NCBI GenBank assembly: GCA_043228905.1
Contig: JBHGNT010000010.1
Span: 8,804,001-8,868,000 of the forward strand
From: Azolla caroliniana
Taxonomy: Eukaryota > Plantae > Polypodiophyta
DNA length: 64,000 nt
Direction: 5' to 3'
Shown: piece after piece, positions 12,561-27,000 of the stretch
Layout of the letters: every line of letters begins with the position of its first letter
How positions within the stretch are numbered: the stretch's first letter is position 1
Notes under the pieces: model-generated
What the model was told of the DNA's origin: nothing
Database searches by the model: none
The model's input: the letters and a program-made list of their open reading frames with translations, nothing else
Translations under genes and position numbers: made by a program

Positions 12561-15500
12561 GTTCGTGGCGGACCTCCCACACCTCCCTCCTCCCACATGG
12601 TCCTTGCTCGTTCGTATTCATATCCCATTACACTACTATCTTCTAGTAGTATACACGTAACGTAACACAACACTACTATGTATGTACATAATGAATGACA
12701 CACTCCCTCCTTGCGACTCGGTCCAATTCCCCTTCTCAATCTCCAGATTCTTCTTATAAACCAACCTCTCTTTATTTTATTATAGGACCCTCCCCACTTA
12801 TGAAACCCCCTTCCCGGGCCCCAATGCCATTGCAGATATATATGTGCATGTGCACGTGTCCGTGATACAGCACGACCCAAAAGACTTCACATCCCATTGC
12901 CAATATTTTCCTGTTTCCCTTGACTACCTCATTAAGTTGTGTACATTAGGGGCGCTACCACTTGAATGAACTAACTCTATTACAACATTAACATTTCATC
13001 CGCTCTCCATTCACCATTATCAATGGGATAGTAGTCATTTTTTCCACTTTTCATTTCACATCGTGTGATTCGTTGCCCTCCTTGTTTTGACTTTTATATC
13101 ACAAGTGTCCTCTTCATCTACATGTTAGTACATGCTAACTTGGATGTGAATTCATGAACTCCGTTTCGTTGGAAGCTAACTCACAATCTTGCATCCAAAA
13201 TACCACTTTGAGGTGTTAGTGTCATTAATGGTATCCACAAAGAGGATAACAACATAAATAGTCAATAGGCTATCAAAGCACTGTTGTGGATGTCACCTAA
13301 TCAAAATATCGTTTTGCATATGAACATGTAACCCATCAAATGACTTGCCCCAAACACTAAATCAAAAGTTGCAAAGAAGAATCAAAAGAGAAAAAGAAAA
13401 GATGCACTATTAGAATGACCCTTGGAATCTCAAATTATAAATCTACATAAGAATAGCATGCACGTTGTAATCTAATTTGAATCACTTAATATATATATAT
13501 ATATAAGAGATTATTATTCTGTACATTTTTCATTGTGATTAACTAGAGATGGGTATGGATGACACCATTGACTTGTTCCATCACATTCGAGGTGTGTGGT
13601 TTAGTAGCAATTATGGGCATCAAAAGCACATCAAGAAGTTCTTACATGTCCCAACTATCATAAAAAATCTTATGTTTATCAAACAGTCGTGAATGAAGGA
13701 GTAATAGTGTTATTCAACAACCATGAATATTCATGGAAGACCTCAAAGATAAAAGTTCAGCTTGTAGTTGGAATTTGTGCACACATGCCATATATGAAAG
13801 TGCACATTGTGCTTTGTGGGAAATTCATGCAAAGGCTGGGTTTCGTTGAAGCTGTGTGGAAAGGAATAGTGATCAAAGGCTGAGAGTATTGTATTAAAGT
13901 GGGATACTCAAACCCTCGAAGTTGTTTAGGGTAAAGTTTGCATAGTTGATTGCTCTCATCACTTGTGCTTCAATGGCCCGTCTCACCTTGTACTAAGCAT
14001 GAGGTAGAGTCGAATGGAAGCAATGGTTCAGATAAAAACCAATCAAATGGACTCTAACATGTATTGATTTTTGTGGTTTCCCCATTTGGCGAAAAATATG
14101 GTTTTGTAGTTAGGTGCAACATATGTAGTATAATGTGTGAAGCTTGAGCCTCCACATTTTTCCAATGTTATGATACATTGGAATCTATGGATGCATCATG
14201 ATGCAAGTCTATTGCAACCAATCTCCTAAACCATTTTTCAATATCTTGTATCTAATTGGAACACAAAAAATTGCTTTATGTGTCTTTTGATATCTTTGGT
14301 AGCTTCCCACGTGATTTTAGGAGGTTGACATAAGGGACTTTTTTAAACCTTAAGCATGGATTCAACAACTATTCCCATGACCATGATCTCAATGGGAAGT
14401 GATCTCATATCTCGTCTCTAAATGTAGGAGAGTGAGTGAGTAAATATACAATAGAAATTAGAAAGGAATACTTACGTAGTAATCATGGATGCTAAAAAAT
14501 ACTGGGATTGTTATGTAGGAGGGCAACAATATTGTAATGGTGGTTTTTACATAGACTTTATTTATTTGTGTAATATGCTAGAGACAGGGGGAGGGACCAA
14601 AGCTCTTTTCCAATGTCGTATAACTACATGTAAATAGTACATTTTATATTCACTATTTATGGCATTTCATGATTGATTCTCTATTCAATATCTGGTGATG
14701 CTTGCAAGGAGACTAAGGAGATACACACAACAAAAGAATACGAGTGGATAGAAGATAATTAGATGTTATGTGAAGGTATGAGTTCATTTGAAGTGGGAGC
14801 CATATCACACGAAGAACACTATCATGCCTTCAATAAGTGGCATAAGATTCATCTAGCAACAAAACACATAAGATAAATTCTTGAAGGCACGCCATGCCTC
14901 AAGGACCAACTCTACTGTGTGGGAGCTTGATTAATAGGAAGAGACCCACCAATATAACCAATGAAGATCGGGAAGAACTAAACATGTCATCGATGCCGAT
15001 GATCTACATATATCTAGCTAACAACATAAATATCTCAATTTTAGATCGCGAAAGCATTGAAAAATTGTGGGAGAAGAATACTATTTTCAATAACAACTTT
15101 GTGGTGCTATATAATGTCATGAGCAAACAAAATGTCATTTATTCTAGTGAAAATGAACCTACGATATTTTTAATTTAAACCTTAGACTTGAACCATTATC
15201 TTATTTATCATCTTGAACTAGGCATTCCTTAAGAAGTGCAAAAGTCTTCATGCACTTATGGCTTATAATTTACTAACCCCACGATGGTGTCTAATATTGT
15301 TGAATTTATTTTTTCATTTATGGTAATGGGAGTTGATCGTCCCTGAACTCCCCTAATAGCTTCACTATTTCTGTGGAGTGGAGTTGGGCGAGGGACCGGT
15401 ATGTTACCCCTATAGGTGTACGAGAGGGTTAAGGGTGTAATGTATATAAGGTATAATGTGTAACATGAAATGTGTAACGTGTGAGTGTGAGGAAGAGTGT

Positions 15501-15989
15501 GTACACATGGACATTTGGCTTTTTGTGTGCATGTGTACAAATGTGAGAGACTAGGGTAAGTAGGTGTAAGTACCCCCATTTGGCTTTTTGTACTGTCTTG
15601 ATCTTGTACTATATAAACCCCCCACCCATGGGGCATGAAAAGGAGGAAGAATAGTGAAGTTACCCCTCAAACTTGTGTCTGTCTCGATTTTCCCTCTCAT
15701 TCTTAGTGTGTGTGTCTCTCGCCCTCTCTCCCTACACGTTCAACCCCCTTGTGAGGGGGGTGGAGCTCCACCCCCTCCCATCAACACTTGGCATGCCCGA
15801 ACAACTGACCCCCCTTGAGATGAAGTCTCTCTCTCTCCCTTACGCGTAACCACCCATCTCTCTCTCTATCTCTCTCTCTCTCTTCGCTCTTGATGTTGCT
15901 TCATGGAACCCTAACGTTAACCCTAACCCGTTCACCATAGCCACACACCCTCTCACTTAATCCTCTAACCTCTCACTCTGCAGTCCTTA

Positions 15990-16890
15990 ACCCCTGTAAA
16001 AATAGTGCATGGAAGCTTGTGCACAATACACAATATTTACGTGGAAACCCACAAATAGGGGAAAACCAACTGCAACATATCTTCCACTATAGACAGAGAG
16101 ACAAGAAAAATGGTTACAAAGACTCTACAGAAAATAGAGTATACACCCCCTAGGGTTTTGGCAACAAGTTTTACTAAACTATGCCTCTCTCACGCATTGT
16201 TGTGTCTCTTCCTACTCTCTGCAACAACACTTCAGCTATACGGAGGTTCTATACAACACTTCGTTATAATAGTTTGCCCTAGCTCTTCCTATTTATAGAT
16301 AGGGATATGTTATTATTATTATTATATAATAATAGTCGTCAATCAATCGATTGGTCGGCTCGACTCTCTGACCCACAAGTCAACAGTCTAGCTGATTTGA
16401 CTAGCTGACTCAAATTTCGAGTGGATGAACTAGTCGGCCTTGTCTTTGACTTGGATTATCCATCCAATACAGTTGACTACCAAGTCGACTCTCCACTTCC
16501 CTAAACCAGTCGACCGCCCCATTGACTAGTTGGTGAATCAGATCGACCATCATGTGTTAGGCTTGCCGGATTCAACTACCGGCTTCTTCCTTGACTTCGA
16601 CTATCGACTTCTCCCATAGGAGACACAAATTCCTAATAATGTGCGAGGTTGCTAGATCTGTCTCTCTCATCTTCATATTGAACAACTGTCAGATCAATAT
16701 GAGCTTTGATGAGGAGGATTGCTTCTCATAAATGGCTTGGAGCTTCTCCCATAAGGTGAATATCATCTTCTCTTTGGCCATACTAAAGTAGATGTTCTTG
16801 CCCTGATGCATTCGAATGGTCGACCTGGCTATTTCATCCAATGAATGCTATTCGTTAGATGTCATCGACGCTGGCTTGTTATTCTGCCGT
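15990..16890 (-). mobile_element. Degraded Copia remnant (LTR-like sequence plus gag fragment)
   Basis: 16640-16890 minus reads LDEIARSTIRMH...LWEKLQAIYEKQSSSSKLIL..QLFNMKM (Copia gag). LTR-like motifs acgtggaaaccc...ggaaaacca and cctatttatag at 16040-16300. Confidence 0.55.
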
Positions 16891-17581
16891 TGTCGCGGTA
16901 TTCCGCATGCATGTGTCGGATGGGGGGGGACCACGAGGGTCTTGGACTAGGGACTCGGAGGGAGAGAGGCTGCTTAGTGTGCAACGGTCCTCCGGCTGAT
17001 TAGAAGATTTCTATACTAATCACACAGACTTCCTAACACGAGGAGTAAGCGCAAAATGGAGGAGAGAAACGAGGCATCCCCGGAAACGATGGATAGGACG
17101 CGGATATGGACACGACACAAGACAAGAGCAGAGAACACAGAAAGTACCCGGATTCAACAACCCAATATTTGATTAATATGGAGAAAAGAATACAACCGAA
17201 CTAGGCCGGTGACGAAGTTTTGAGCTCAAAATGCACACACTGATTGGTGAACCTTTGGTTGGGAGCACATAGGCTTCCTACACGAGCAGAGGCCTCACAC
17301 CTATCTATCCGAACTAGTAGAAAACATAGCAGAAAACCGACACTCAAGCGCACAAACTGACAACATCTTCTCCTCCCAAATGATGGATCCCTAAACGGTA
17401 TTCCCCCCCTCCTTTTATAGCTAAAGGAGGGCCGGTTACATCAACATTCATGGTAGTTGTTATTTGTCAATGATCCTCCCCTCGATTCTCCACCATCACA
17501 AGTTTTATTCCCCCTCCTTTCGAGGGATCATAAAGCACCTCTTAAAGTCCACTACCTCTTAAAGTTGAGCTTGAGGGGGAG

Positions 17582-18005
17582 TGTTGAGATACAAGCTCAA
17601 CATTGGGTGCATAAACAGGTGCATAACCCAGTGCGCAGACTGGGTGCGTAAAACCATACGCACAACATGGCCGTAGCGGTGCGTAAACTGAGAGGCCGTT
17701 AGAATGTTATTCCTCTTAAGGAATAATTTTGGGAGTAAGTGTAGGATGCTCGTTTATGAGCTGTCAAGTACTGCGAGTACTTGTGTCAGCCCAATAGTCA
17801 GGGCTTGTATAAAAGGTGCTCGCTGAGCACGAAGTATGTACAGAGAACATACAGAGAATTATTTTTGAATATAGTCTTCTTTATGCTCTCTCTCTGCTCT
17901 CTCCCTCTCCCTCTTTGTGATTTCTGCGTTTTACCGAACTGTCATACTTTCGAACTCTGTACTCTGTGTCTTTCGCATACGCTTCCGCACACGTATTCTT
18001 TTACA
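17582..18005 (+). repeat. LTR of Copia A1 (5')
   Basis: TG...CA ends, followed by a PBS. Confidence 0.88.
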
Positions 18006-21000
18006 TGGTATCAAAGCGCGAGGGTTCAGACTCCTCTGCGGCCAATAGAAAAGATTGTAATAAAGACAGAGTTAAGTTATTGTTTTCGGAAAGGATAAGA
18101 CAACAATATGGATAGAGGAATGGGAAAGCTCGCTACCGACTGAGAAGCTCGACAGGAGCAACTATGCATCTTGGTCATACAAGATGCACTAGTACCTGCT
18201 TGGTCATGGTTACTGGAGTTATGTTTAAGGAGCTAATGATACAACACCCAAATCGACACAAAGAGATTTTTCGGCTTGGGAACAAGCGGCAAGAAGAGTT
18301 CTTTACTGCTTCGCGTCCTGTGTGAACGACTAGCTCTTGAGCTACATTCGGGATGCTAAGACGCCAAAGGACGCATGGGCGAATCTCAAGAGTATTTTTG
18401 CTGCTAGCACAATGGCCAGGAAGCTGCAGCTCATGCAGGAGCTCAGCAATGTTCGACAGAAAGATCTGTTTGTAGCCGAATTCATGGCCCGAATCAAAGA
18501 AATCTGCGATTCTCTCGCCTTTGTCAACATGAACGTCGAGGTGGACGAAATGGTGCAGGTTTATCTTGGAGGGTTAGCGTCAAAGTTTGGAGCATTCCGA
18601 ATAGCAGTCTGCACAAGGGAGAATACGCCTTTGTTCTTTGAGATTCAGTCGATGTTTCTTGTGGAGGAAAATCACATGGGTGCGACGAAGATTACACACA
18701 CTGACAACAGGATGTTGTACACGGAGGAAGATAGGCCCCATGGTCGTGGCGGATGAGGCGGATCGGTGCACAATGGAGGCGGCCTAAAAGAGTAGAACGT
18801 GCGGCATAATCAAAATGCCGGAAGCAGTTCTGAACTGTTGAGAGACAATCTCAACATTGGGAGCGTAAATGAGTGCGTAACCCAGTGCGTAGACTGGGTG
18901 TGTAAAACGATACGCAAAATATGGCCATAGCGGTATGTAAACCGAGAGGCCGTTCGAATGTTATTCCTCGTATGGAATAATTTTGGGGGTATGTGTAGGA
19001 TGCTCATTTATGAGTAGTTAGGTATTGTAAGTACTTGTGTTAGCCCGATAGTAAGGGCTTGTATAAAAGGTGCTCACTGAGCACCAACTATGTACAGAGA
19101 ACATATAGAGAATTATTTTTGAATATAGTTACGTTTTCTGCTCTATCTCTCTCTCTCCCTCTCCCTCTCTATATTTTATCGATCTGTCGTAATTCCAAAC
19201 CGTGTACTCAGTGTCTTACGCATACACTTCCGCACATGTATTCTTTTACATGGTATCATATGACAAGTCATGCGGAATGGTTCTCGTATTTGGAGAAACT
19301 GGAAAAGCAAGTAGTGGTCGAAACGGGAGACGAAACTCCGCATACCATCAAACATGTCAGAGAAGTTCCTCTTAGCCACGTCGGGTAGAAAGGGAAACTC
19401 ATGAACGTGCTGCATGTCCCGGAAATAACCAAGAACCTGGTATCAATCGGTCAGATTGTTGACCAGGGGATGCAAGTTTGATTCATGCACCTCAGGTGCT
19501 ACATCAAAGAGGAAGGGTAAGTTATCGCGCAAGGGCGCTGTGAAGGGAGGATGTTTATCCTCGGCACCAATCAAGCCGGAACCATGCTGTTTGCAAAAGG
19601 ACAGAAGATCGAGTCTGACATCGACTTTTGGCACAAGTGGTTTGGCCACGTTAACTTCCCACAGCTTTGTGAAATGTAGACGAAGAACATTGTTTTAGGC
19701 TTGCTGAAATTTCGGGGCCGTAATCGCCAAGTTTGCGAAGCCTGCTAACTCAGGAAGTAGCACCGACTTCCATTCCGCAATGAGCGTAATCGAAGTCGAA
19801 ATCTGTTGTATTTGATCCATTCGGATGTGTGGGGACCGGCACAGAATGTGAGTCTCAATGGAAGCCATTACTTCGTAACCTTCATCGATGACTTCACTCG
19901 GCATTCCTAGGCATGCTTGATCGCGAAAAAGAGTGAAGTCTTCGCATGGTTCCTGAAGGTGAAAAACCTTGCGCAAAGGGAAACACGACGTAAGATCAAG
20001 TGCCTAAGGTACGATGGTGGGAAGGAGTACTTCTCTGACCAATTCACGAGTTATGTACAGAAGGAGGGAATTCGACGCGAATTCTCGTGTAGATATACGT
20101 CGGAGCAGAACGGCGTAGCCAAGCGGAAGAATCGGACGATTGAAGAAGCCGCTAGGGCAATGCTTGAAGAGAAGCATATGCTGAAGTTTTACTGGGTTGA
20201 AACCGTAAGGACGACTATTTATTTGCAGAATCAGACTTCTGCTAATGGAGGAGTGTTGCCACATAAGTTGTATTTCGTAAAGAAGCCAAACTTGGCACAC
20301 TTGAGGATTTTCGGTAGCATTGCGTATGTGCATGTGCCAAAGGAGAAGAGGAGGAAGCTGGATGCCAAAGCCGAGAAGTGTATCTTGGTCGGCTTTTCAG
20401 ACGAGCAGAAGGGGTATAAGTGCTATAACCCCCGAACAAAGGAAGTTTGGGTAAGCTGAGATGTCGTATTCGACGAGTCCGCTTCGTGGTACTTGCCTTC
20501 ACATCCAATACCTCATGATTCCATTCTGAATTCTGAAGAAGAGGTCAACGAGGCTGAGATGCTTCTGCATGATGAGGATATCGGATCTCTGATAGAGAGT
20601 CCGATCTCATTTCAGCTAAGTTGGCCGAATGAGGAGTTGGGCCGAGATGGCCAACCAAATGAAGAGCCGATGAGTAGTGGAGACTAGATCGTGTTGTCCC
20701 CGCATAAAGAACTGAGGAGACGGTTCACGTGTAAAAGAAAAGGGAAGAAAAAAATGTTGGAATACGATTTCGGCAGTGTCAAGTCAGATTGGAGCGAATT
20801 TGACTTCGGGCCAATCGAGAAGGAACCTCCGTGGAATGGGTTGCAATCAATTGAAAAGGTCGTGAAATCTGGTAGTCATGAATTACGCCCATCTACTTGC
20901 CTAAAGAACCCCATAAAGAGGTACGAGTACAATGAATACATGGTGCACCATTAAGCGTACATCACACGAGTGGCGGAAGTGCGTGAGCTAGAGATCTATG

Positions 21001-24000
21001 TAGAAGTGGCGGAAGACGCAAACTGGTGTGCCCTGATGGAGGAAGAGATGCGCGCATTATCGGACAACGTGACTTGCGACTTGGTTGACGCACTTAAAGG
21101 TGTTAAGCTGCTCGGATGTAGATGGGTTTTTAAGGTGAAATACAACACCAATGGCTTGGTCAACCGATATAAGGACCGTTTGGTTGCGAAAGGCTATGCG
21201 CAGAGGCATGGCGTTTATTATGACGAGACCTTCGCGCCTGTCGCAAAGATGACTACCTTGCGAGTAACTGCGGTGAAGGGGTGGCATCTACATCAGATGG
21301 ATGTAAAAAATGCGTTCCTGCATGGTGATCTTCAGGAACAGGTGTACATGGTACAACCCCCCATATTTCTATCCGAACAGAATACTTCAGTAGTCTGCCG
21401 ATTGAAGAAGGCGTTATATAGCCTTAAGCAAGCCTCGCGAGCTTGGAACTCCAAGATTACGCAACAGTTGCGTAGAATGAGGTTTACAATGTCCAAATCG
21501 AACTCCTCGTTGTTCGTTTCGTAAGGTCGACATGGACTGGTTTGTCTTTTACTTTATGTTGATGATTTAGTCATTGCCGGTGCCGACCTGGAAAAAATCG
21601 GCCGTGTAAAGTCTCAGCTTGCGGCATCGTTCGAAATGAAGGATCTTGGTGACCTTCATTACTTCCTCGGGACCGAAGTGATCCATTCCCCTGAAGGCAT
21701 ATTGATCAATCAACGTCATTATGCGCTGAATATGCTCTTCAAGTTTGGGATGACAGATTGTAAGCCCATCTTGACCCCTCTGGATAGAAACGTAAAGCTT
21801 CGCCGAGATTCAGGAAAGGAGTGCAACCCAACACGGTTTCAACAGATTGTCGGAAGCCTCATCTACTTGACGATCACTCGGCCGGATCTCAGCTATCCAG
21901 TCGGAATGATCAGTCAATTTATGTCACAACCCACGACCGAACACGTTCAGTGCACGCAAAGGATATTACAATATGTTAGCGACACGAAAGACATGGCGTT
22001 GTTGTATTGTGTAGACGTAGCTGAGCAGTTAGTCGGCTACATGGATGCTGATTGGGCCAGAAATGCCCATGATCGTAGATCCACATCCGGATACGCATTG
22101 TCATTGGGAAGTGTAGCGATTGCGTGGAGCAGTAAGAAGCAACCGAGAGTAGCACTGTTGAGCACAGAGGCGGAATATCTAGGGGCGACTGTCGCTACGT
22201 GCGAAGTCATTTGGCTGAAACGACTATTACGGGATTTGCACGTAGAGGTGTCCGATCCAACGACGATCTACTGTGATAGCCTCAATTGCATCCACCATCC
22301 ACCTTGCGAAAAACCCTGTATTCCATGCTCAGACCAAGCACATTGAGGTGCACTACCATTTTTTCCGCGAGCGTGTCCTTTCTGGTGAAGTCGAATTGGC
22401 GTATGTTCCGACGGGTCGGCGGATTGCCGACATCTTCACCAAGCCCCTTGGTCTGGACAAGTTATGACATTTCTCAGTTGAGCTGGGTTTGTGGCACCTC
22501 GACACGCCGAACTTGAGGGGGAGACAAGAACAGGAACAGGAGCATGAAAGGAGTGGTAGTAACCGTGATGCCGAATCGGATGACGAATTCGATTTCGGGC
22601 CAGCTGAAGAAGTCGAAGAAGAAAATAGGGGTTGTAATCACAACGAAGAGCCGAAGACAGCTGAACAAAGGGGAAACAAAGCCAAGAAAGGCGTAAAGGC
22701 CAAGACTAAGACATGGTAGGATGTAGTTAAGGGCATGAAGACAGAAGAAGAATTGGAGATAGCCAATTTAGGTGAAAGTAGGAATGAATCGGAAATTTTC
22801 GATTCAATCGTAATGTTCGATTCGGATACGCCGAATCAACTGAGGGCCAAGCGGAGTGTTGAGTGACAAGCTGAATATGGGGTGCATAACACGGTGTGTA
22901 ACCCAATGCGTAGACTGGGTGCGTAAAATAGTACGCATAACGTGGCCGTATCGATGCATAAACCAAAAGGCCGTTAGTATGGTATTCCTCGTAAGGAATA
23001 ATTTTGGGAGTTAGTGTAGTAGGCTCATTTATGAGCAGTCAAGTACTGTCAGTACTTGTGTCAGCCCGATAGTCAGGGCTTGTATAAAAGGTGCTCAATG
23101 AGCACGGAGTATGTACAAAGTGTTATTATTTTGAAATAGAACTGCGTTGTCTGGTTTCTCTCTATCTCTCCCTCTCCATCTCCATCTCTGCGTTTTCTGT
23201 GTTTTTTACCAAACTGTCATTCTTTGAACTGTGTACTCTGTGTTTCGCATACGCTTCCACACACGTATTCTTTTACATGGTATCAGAGCGCGAGGGTTGA
23301 AGTCCTCTGCAACCGATAGAGACATAATTGAGTTGGTATTCTTGGCTTTTGGAAAAGATAAAACAACAACATGGACAGAGGAATAGGAAGCTCGCTACTA
23401 ACTGAGAAGCTTGACAGGAGCAACTACGCATCTTGGTCGTACAAGATGCACCAGTACCTGCTTGGTCATGGCTCGTGGAGTTATGTCGAAGGAGCTAATG
23501 ATACAACAGCTGAATCGACACACAAGGATTTTTCGGTTTGGGAACAAGTGGCAAGCAGAGTTCTCTACTGCTTTGCATCCTACGTGAGCAACCGGCTATT
23601 GAGCTATATTCAGGATGCCAAGACGCCAAATGATGCATTGGCGAATCTCAAGAAGATTTTCGCCGCTAGCACCACAGCCAGGAAGCTTCAACTTAGGCAT
23701 GAGTTGAGCAATGTTCGACAACGAGATATGTCGGTGGTTGATTATACCTACAAGATCAAAGAAATTTGTGACTCTCTCGGCTCCGTCAACGTGAACGTAG
23801 AGAAAGATGAGATGGTGCAGGTTTGTCTCGGTGGGTTAGCGTCAAAGTTCGGAGCGTTCCGAACGGCGGCCTGCACGAGGGAGAATATGCCTATGTTCTT
23901 CGAGCTTCTGTCAATGTTGCCCGTGGAGGAAAGTCACGCGGGTGCGTCGACAAGTATGCACGCCTATGGCAAGATGCTATACACGGAGGGAGATAGGCCC

Positions 24001-27000
24001 CATGGTTGTGGTGGACGAGGCGGATCAACGCATAATGGAGGTGGTCGAAAATAGTAGAATGGACGGCATATTCGAAATGTCAGAAGCAAGGGGAGTCATA
24101 GCAAGATAAGGCCACATCAGAATGCTGGTACTGTGGAAAGAAAGGCCATAGGGAGAGCAAGTGCTGGTAGAAAAAGGTCAATTCGGAGAAAGCCGGATCG
24201 AGCGGGAGAGACACAGGAAGGCGTCAAAAGTCGCACTACGTTGAGGGCTCTGAACGAGCCGGAAATGGATCAGGCCCCGCCTTCATAATGAAGCACAAGG
24301 CCAATTCGATGGCCGAGAACACCTCAAAATCGAGCGAGGCATGGTGTGTTGATTCTGGAGCGTCAAATCATATGACGAGTCACGAGGAATGGTTCTCGTA
24401 CTTGGAGAAGCCGGAAAAGCAAGGGGTAGTCGAAATGGGAGATGACACCCCGCATACCATCGAACATGTCGATGAAGTTCCCCTCAGCCATGTCGGGCAG
24501 AAAGGGAAACTCTTGAATGTTCTACATGTCCCGACAATAACCAAGAACCTTGTGTCGGTCGGATAGATCATCGACCAAGGTATGCAAGTTCGATTCACGC
24601 ATCTTGGCTGCTTCATAGAAGAGGAGGGCAAAGTAATCGTGCAAGGGCGCCATGAAGGGAGGATGTTTATCCTCGAAACCAATAATGTGGGCACCACTAT
24701 GTTTGTGAAAGGGCAGAAGGTCGAGTCAGACATCGACCTGTGGCATAAGTGGTTCAACTATATTAACTTCCCGCGGTTTCGTGAAATGCATATGAAGAAC
24801 ATTGTGTTTGGCTTGCCAAAATTTTGAGGCCGGAATGGCCAAGTCCACGAAGCCTGCTAGGTGGGAAAACAACACCGACTTCCATTCCCCAATGAGCGTA
24901 ATCGTAGTCGAAATATGCTGGATTTGATCCATTCGGATGTGTGGGGTCCGACACAAAACGTGAGTCTCGGTGGAAGCCGTTACTTTTGTAACCTTCATCG
25001 ATGACTTCACTTGGCACACGTGGGTATGCATGATCGCGATGAGGAGCGAAGTCTTCGCATGTTTCCTGAAGGTGAAGAGCCTTGCGGAAAGGGAAATAGG
25101 CCGTAAGATCAAATGTGTACAGTCTGATGGGGGGAAGGAGTACTTCCCCAAATAGTTCACAAGTTATCTACAGAAGGAGGGAATTCGATACGAATTCTCG
25201 TGTAGATACATGCTGCAACAGAACGACGTGGCTAACCGGATGAATCGGACAATCGAAGAAGCGGCTAGAGCAATGCTTGTAGAGAAGCATATGCCGAAAT
25301 TCTATTGGGCTGAAACCGTGAGGACGACTGTTTACCTGCAGAATCAGGCTTTTGCTAATGGAGGAGTGTCACCAAATGAATTGTATTTCGGGAAAAATTT
25401 GAACTTCGTACACTTGAGAATTTTCAGTAGCATTGCATATGTGCATGTGCCGAAGGAAAAGAGGAGGAAGCTGGACGCCAAAGCCGAAAAGTGCATCTTA
25501 GTCGGCTATCCAGACTAGCAGAAGGGGTATAAGTGTTATCACCCCCGAACAAAGGAAGGACGCGTAAGTTGAGATGTCGTGTTCGATGAGTCTGCTTCAT
25601 GGTACTTGCCTTCCCCTCCATTACCTTATGACTCCATTCTGAATTCTGAAGAAGAAGTCAACGAGGCTGAGATGCCTCCGCATGATGAGGATATCGGAGC
25701 TCTGATAGAGAGTCAGATCTCATTTTGGCTAAGTGGGCCGAATGAGGGGTTGGACTGAAATGGCGAACCAAATGAAGAGACGACGAGTAGTGAAGACTCA
25801 GCCGTGATGTCCCCGCGTAAAGAATTGAGGAGATGGTTTATGCGCAAGGAGAAAGGGAAGAAAAAAATGTCGGAGTATGATTTCGACAATGCTGAGTCAG
25901 ATTGGAGCGAGTATGATTATGGGAAAATTGAAAAGCAACCTCCACGGAAGAGGTCTACATTAGCCGAAAAGGTCGTGAAATCAGGTAATCACGAATTATG
26001 CCGATCTACCCACCTGAAAAACCCTGTAAAGAGATATGGGTATAATGAGTACATGGCACACCTTTACGCGTACATGACACAAGTGACAGAAGTGTGTGAG
26101 CCAGAGAGCTACGCAGAAGTAGCGAAAGACACAAATTGGCATGCCGTGATGGAGGAAGAGATGCGCGCTTTGACTCATAATGAGACTTGGGACCTGGTTG
26201 ACGCACAGAACGGTGTAAAGCCGACTGCATGTAGGTGGGTGTATAAAGTGAAATACAATACCGACGGCTTAGTCAATTGATACAGGGCTCATTTAGTTGC
26301 GAAAGGCTACGCGCCGAAGCACGGCGTGGACTACGACAAGACCTTCGCGCCTGTCCCGAAGATGACTACCGTGCGTGTTCTGCTAGCCATAACTTTGGCA
26401 AAGGGGTGACACTTACATCAGATGGATGTAAAGAACGTGTTCCTACAAGGTGATCTTGAGGAACAAGTGTACATGGTACAACCCTGTGGATTTCTATCCG
26501 AATGAAACACTTCGGCAGTTTGCCGATTGAAGAAGTCACTCTACGGACTTAAGCAAGCCCTACAAGCCTGGAACGCGAAAATTACGCAAAAATTGCATAG
26601 GATAGGGTTTATGACGTTGAAATCAGACTCTTCACTATTTGTTTGGCAAGGTCTATATGGACCGGTTAGCCTTCTACTGTATGTTGATGATTTAGTCATT
26701 GTCGGTGCCGACCTGGATGAAATCGTATGTGTAAAGTCTCAGCTTGCAGCATCATTTGAAATGAAGGATCCTGGAGACCTTCATTACTTCCTCAGGATCG
26801 AAGTGATCCGCGCCCTTGAAGGCATATTGATCAACCAATGTCATTACGCGTTGAATATGCTCTTCAAGTTCGGGATGGCCAATTGTAAGCCCATCTCGAC
26901 CTCTCTAGATAGAAACGCAAAGCTTCGCCTAGATTCGGGAAAGGCATGCGACCCGACACGGTTTCGACAGATTGTCCGAAGCCTGATATATTTGACAATC

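Noticed and set aside
11397-12880. Long ORFs 11397-12440 (+, 347 aa) and 11840-12880 (-, 346 aa)
   Set aside because: Antisense and off-frame shadows of GC-rich C4H exon 1 and its low-complexity UTR; no protein motifs.
13000-15250. Short ORFs upstream of C4H
   Set aside because: AT-rich decayed sequence with at most faint retroelement similarity; no supportable gene.
15900-15970. Telomere-like aaccctaa motifs
   Set aside because: Only 2-3 imperfect units inside LTR-like sequence; not an interstitial telomere array.
16891-17440. Possible solo LTR (tgtcgc...ggttaca)
   Set aside because: No matching TSD (gccgt vs tcaac) and no second copy in the window, so the boundaries cannot be supported.
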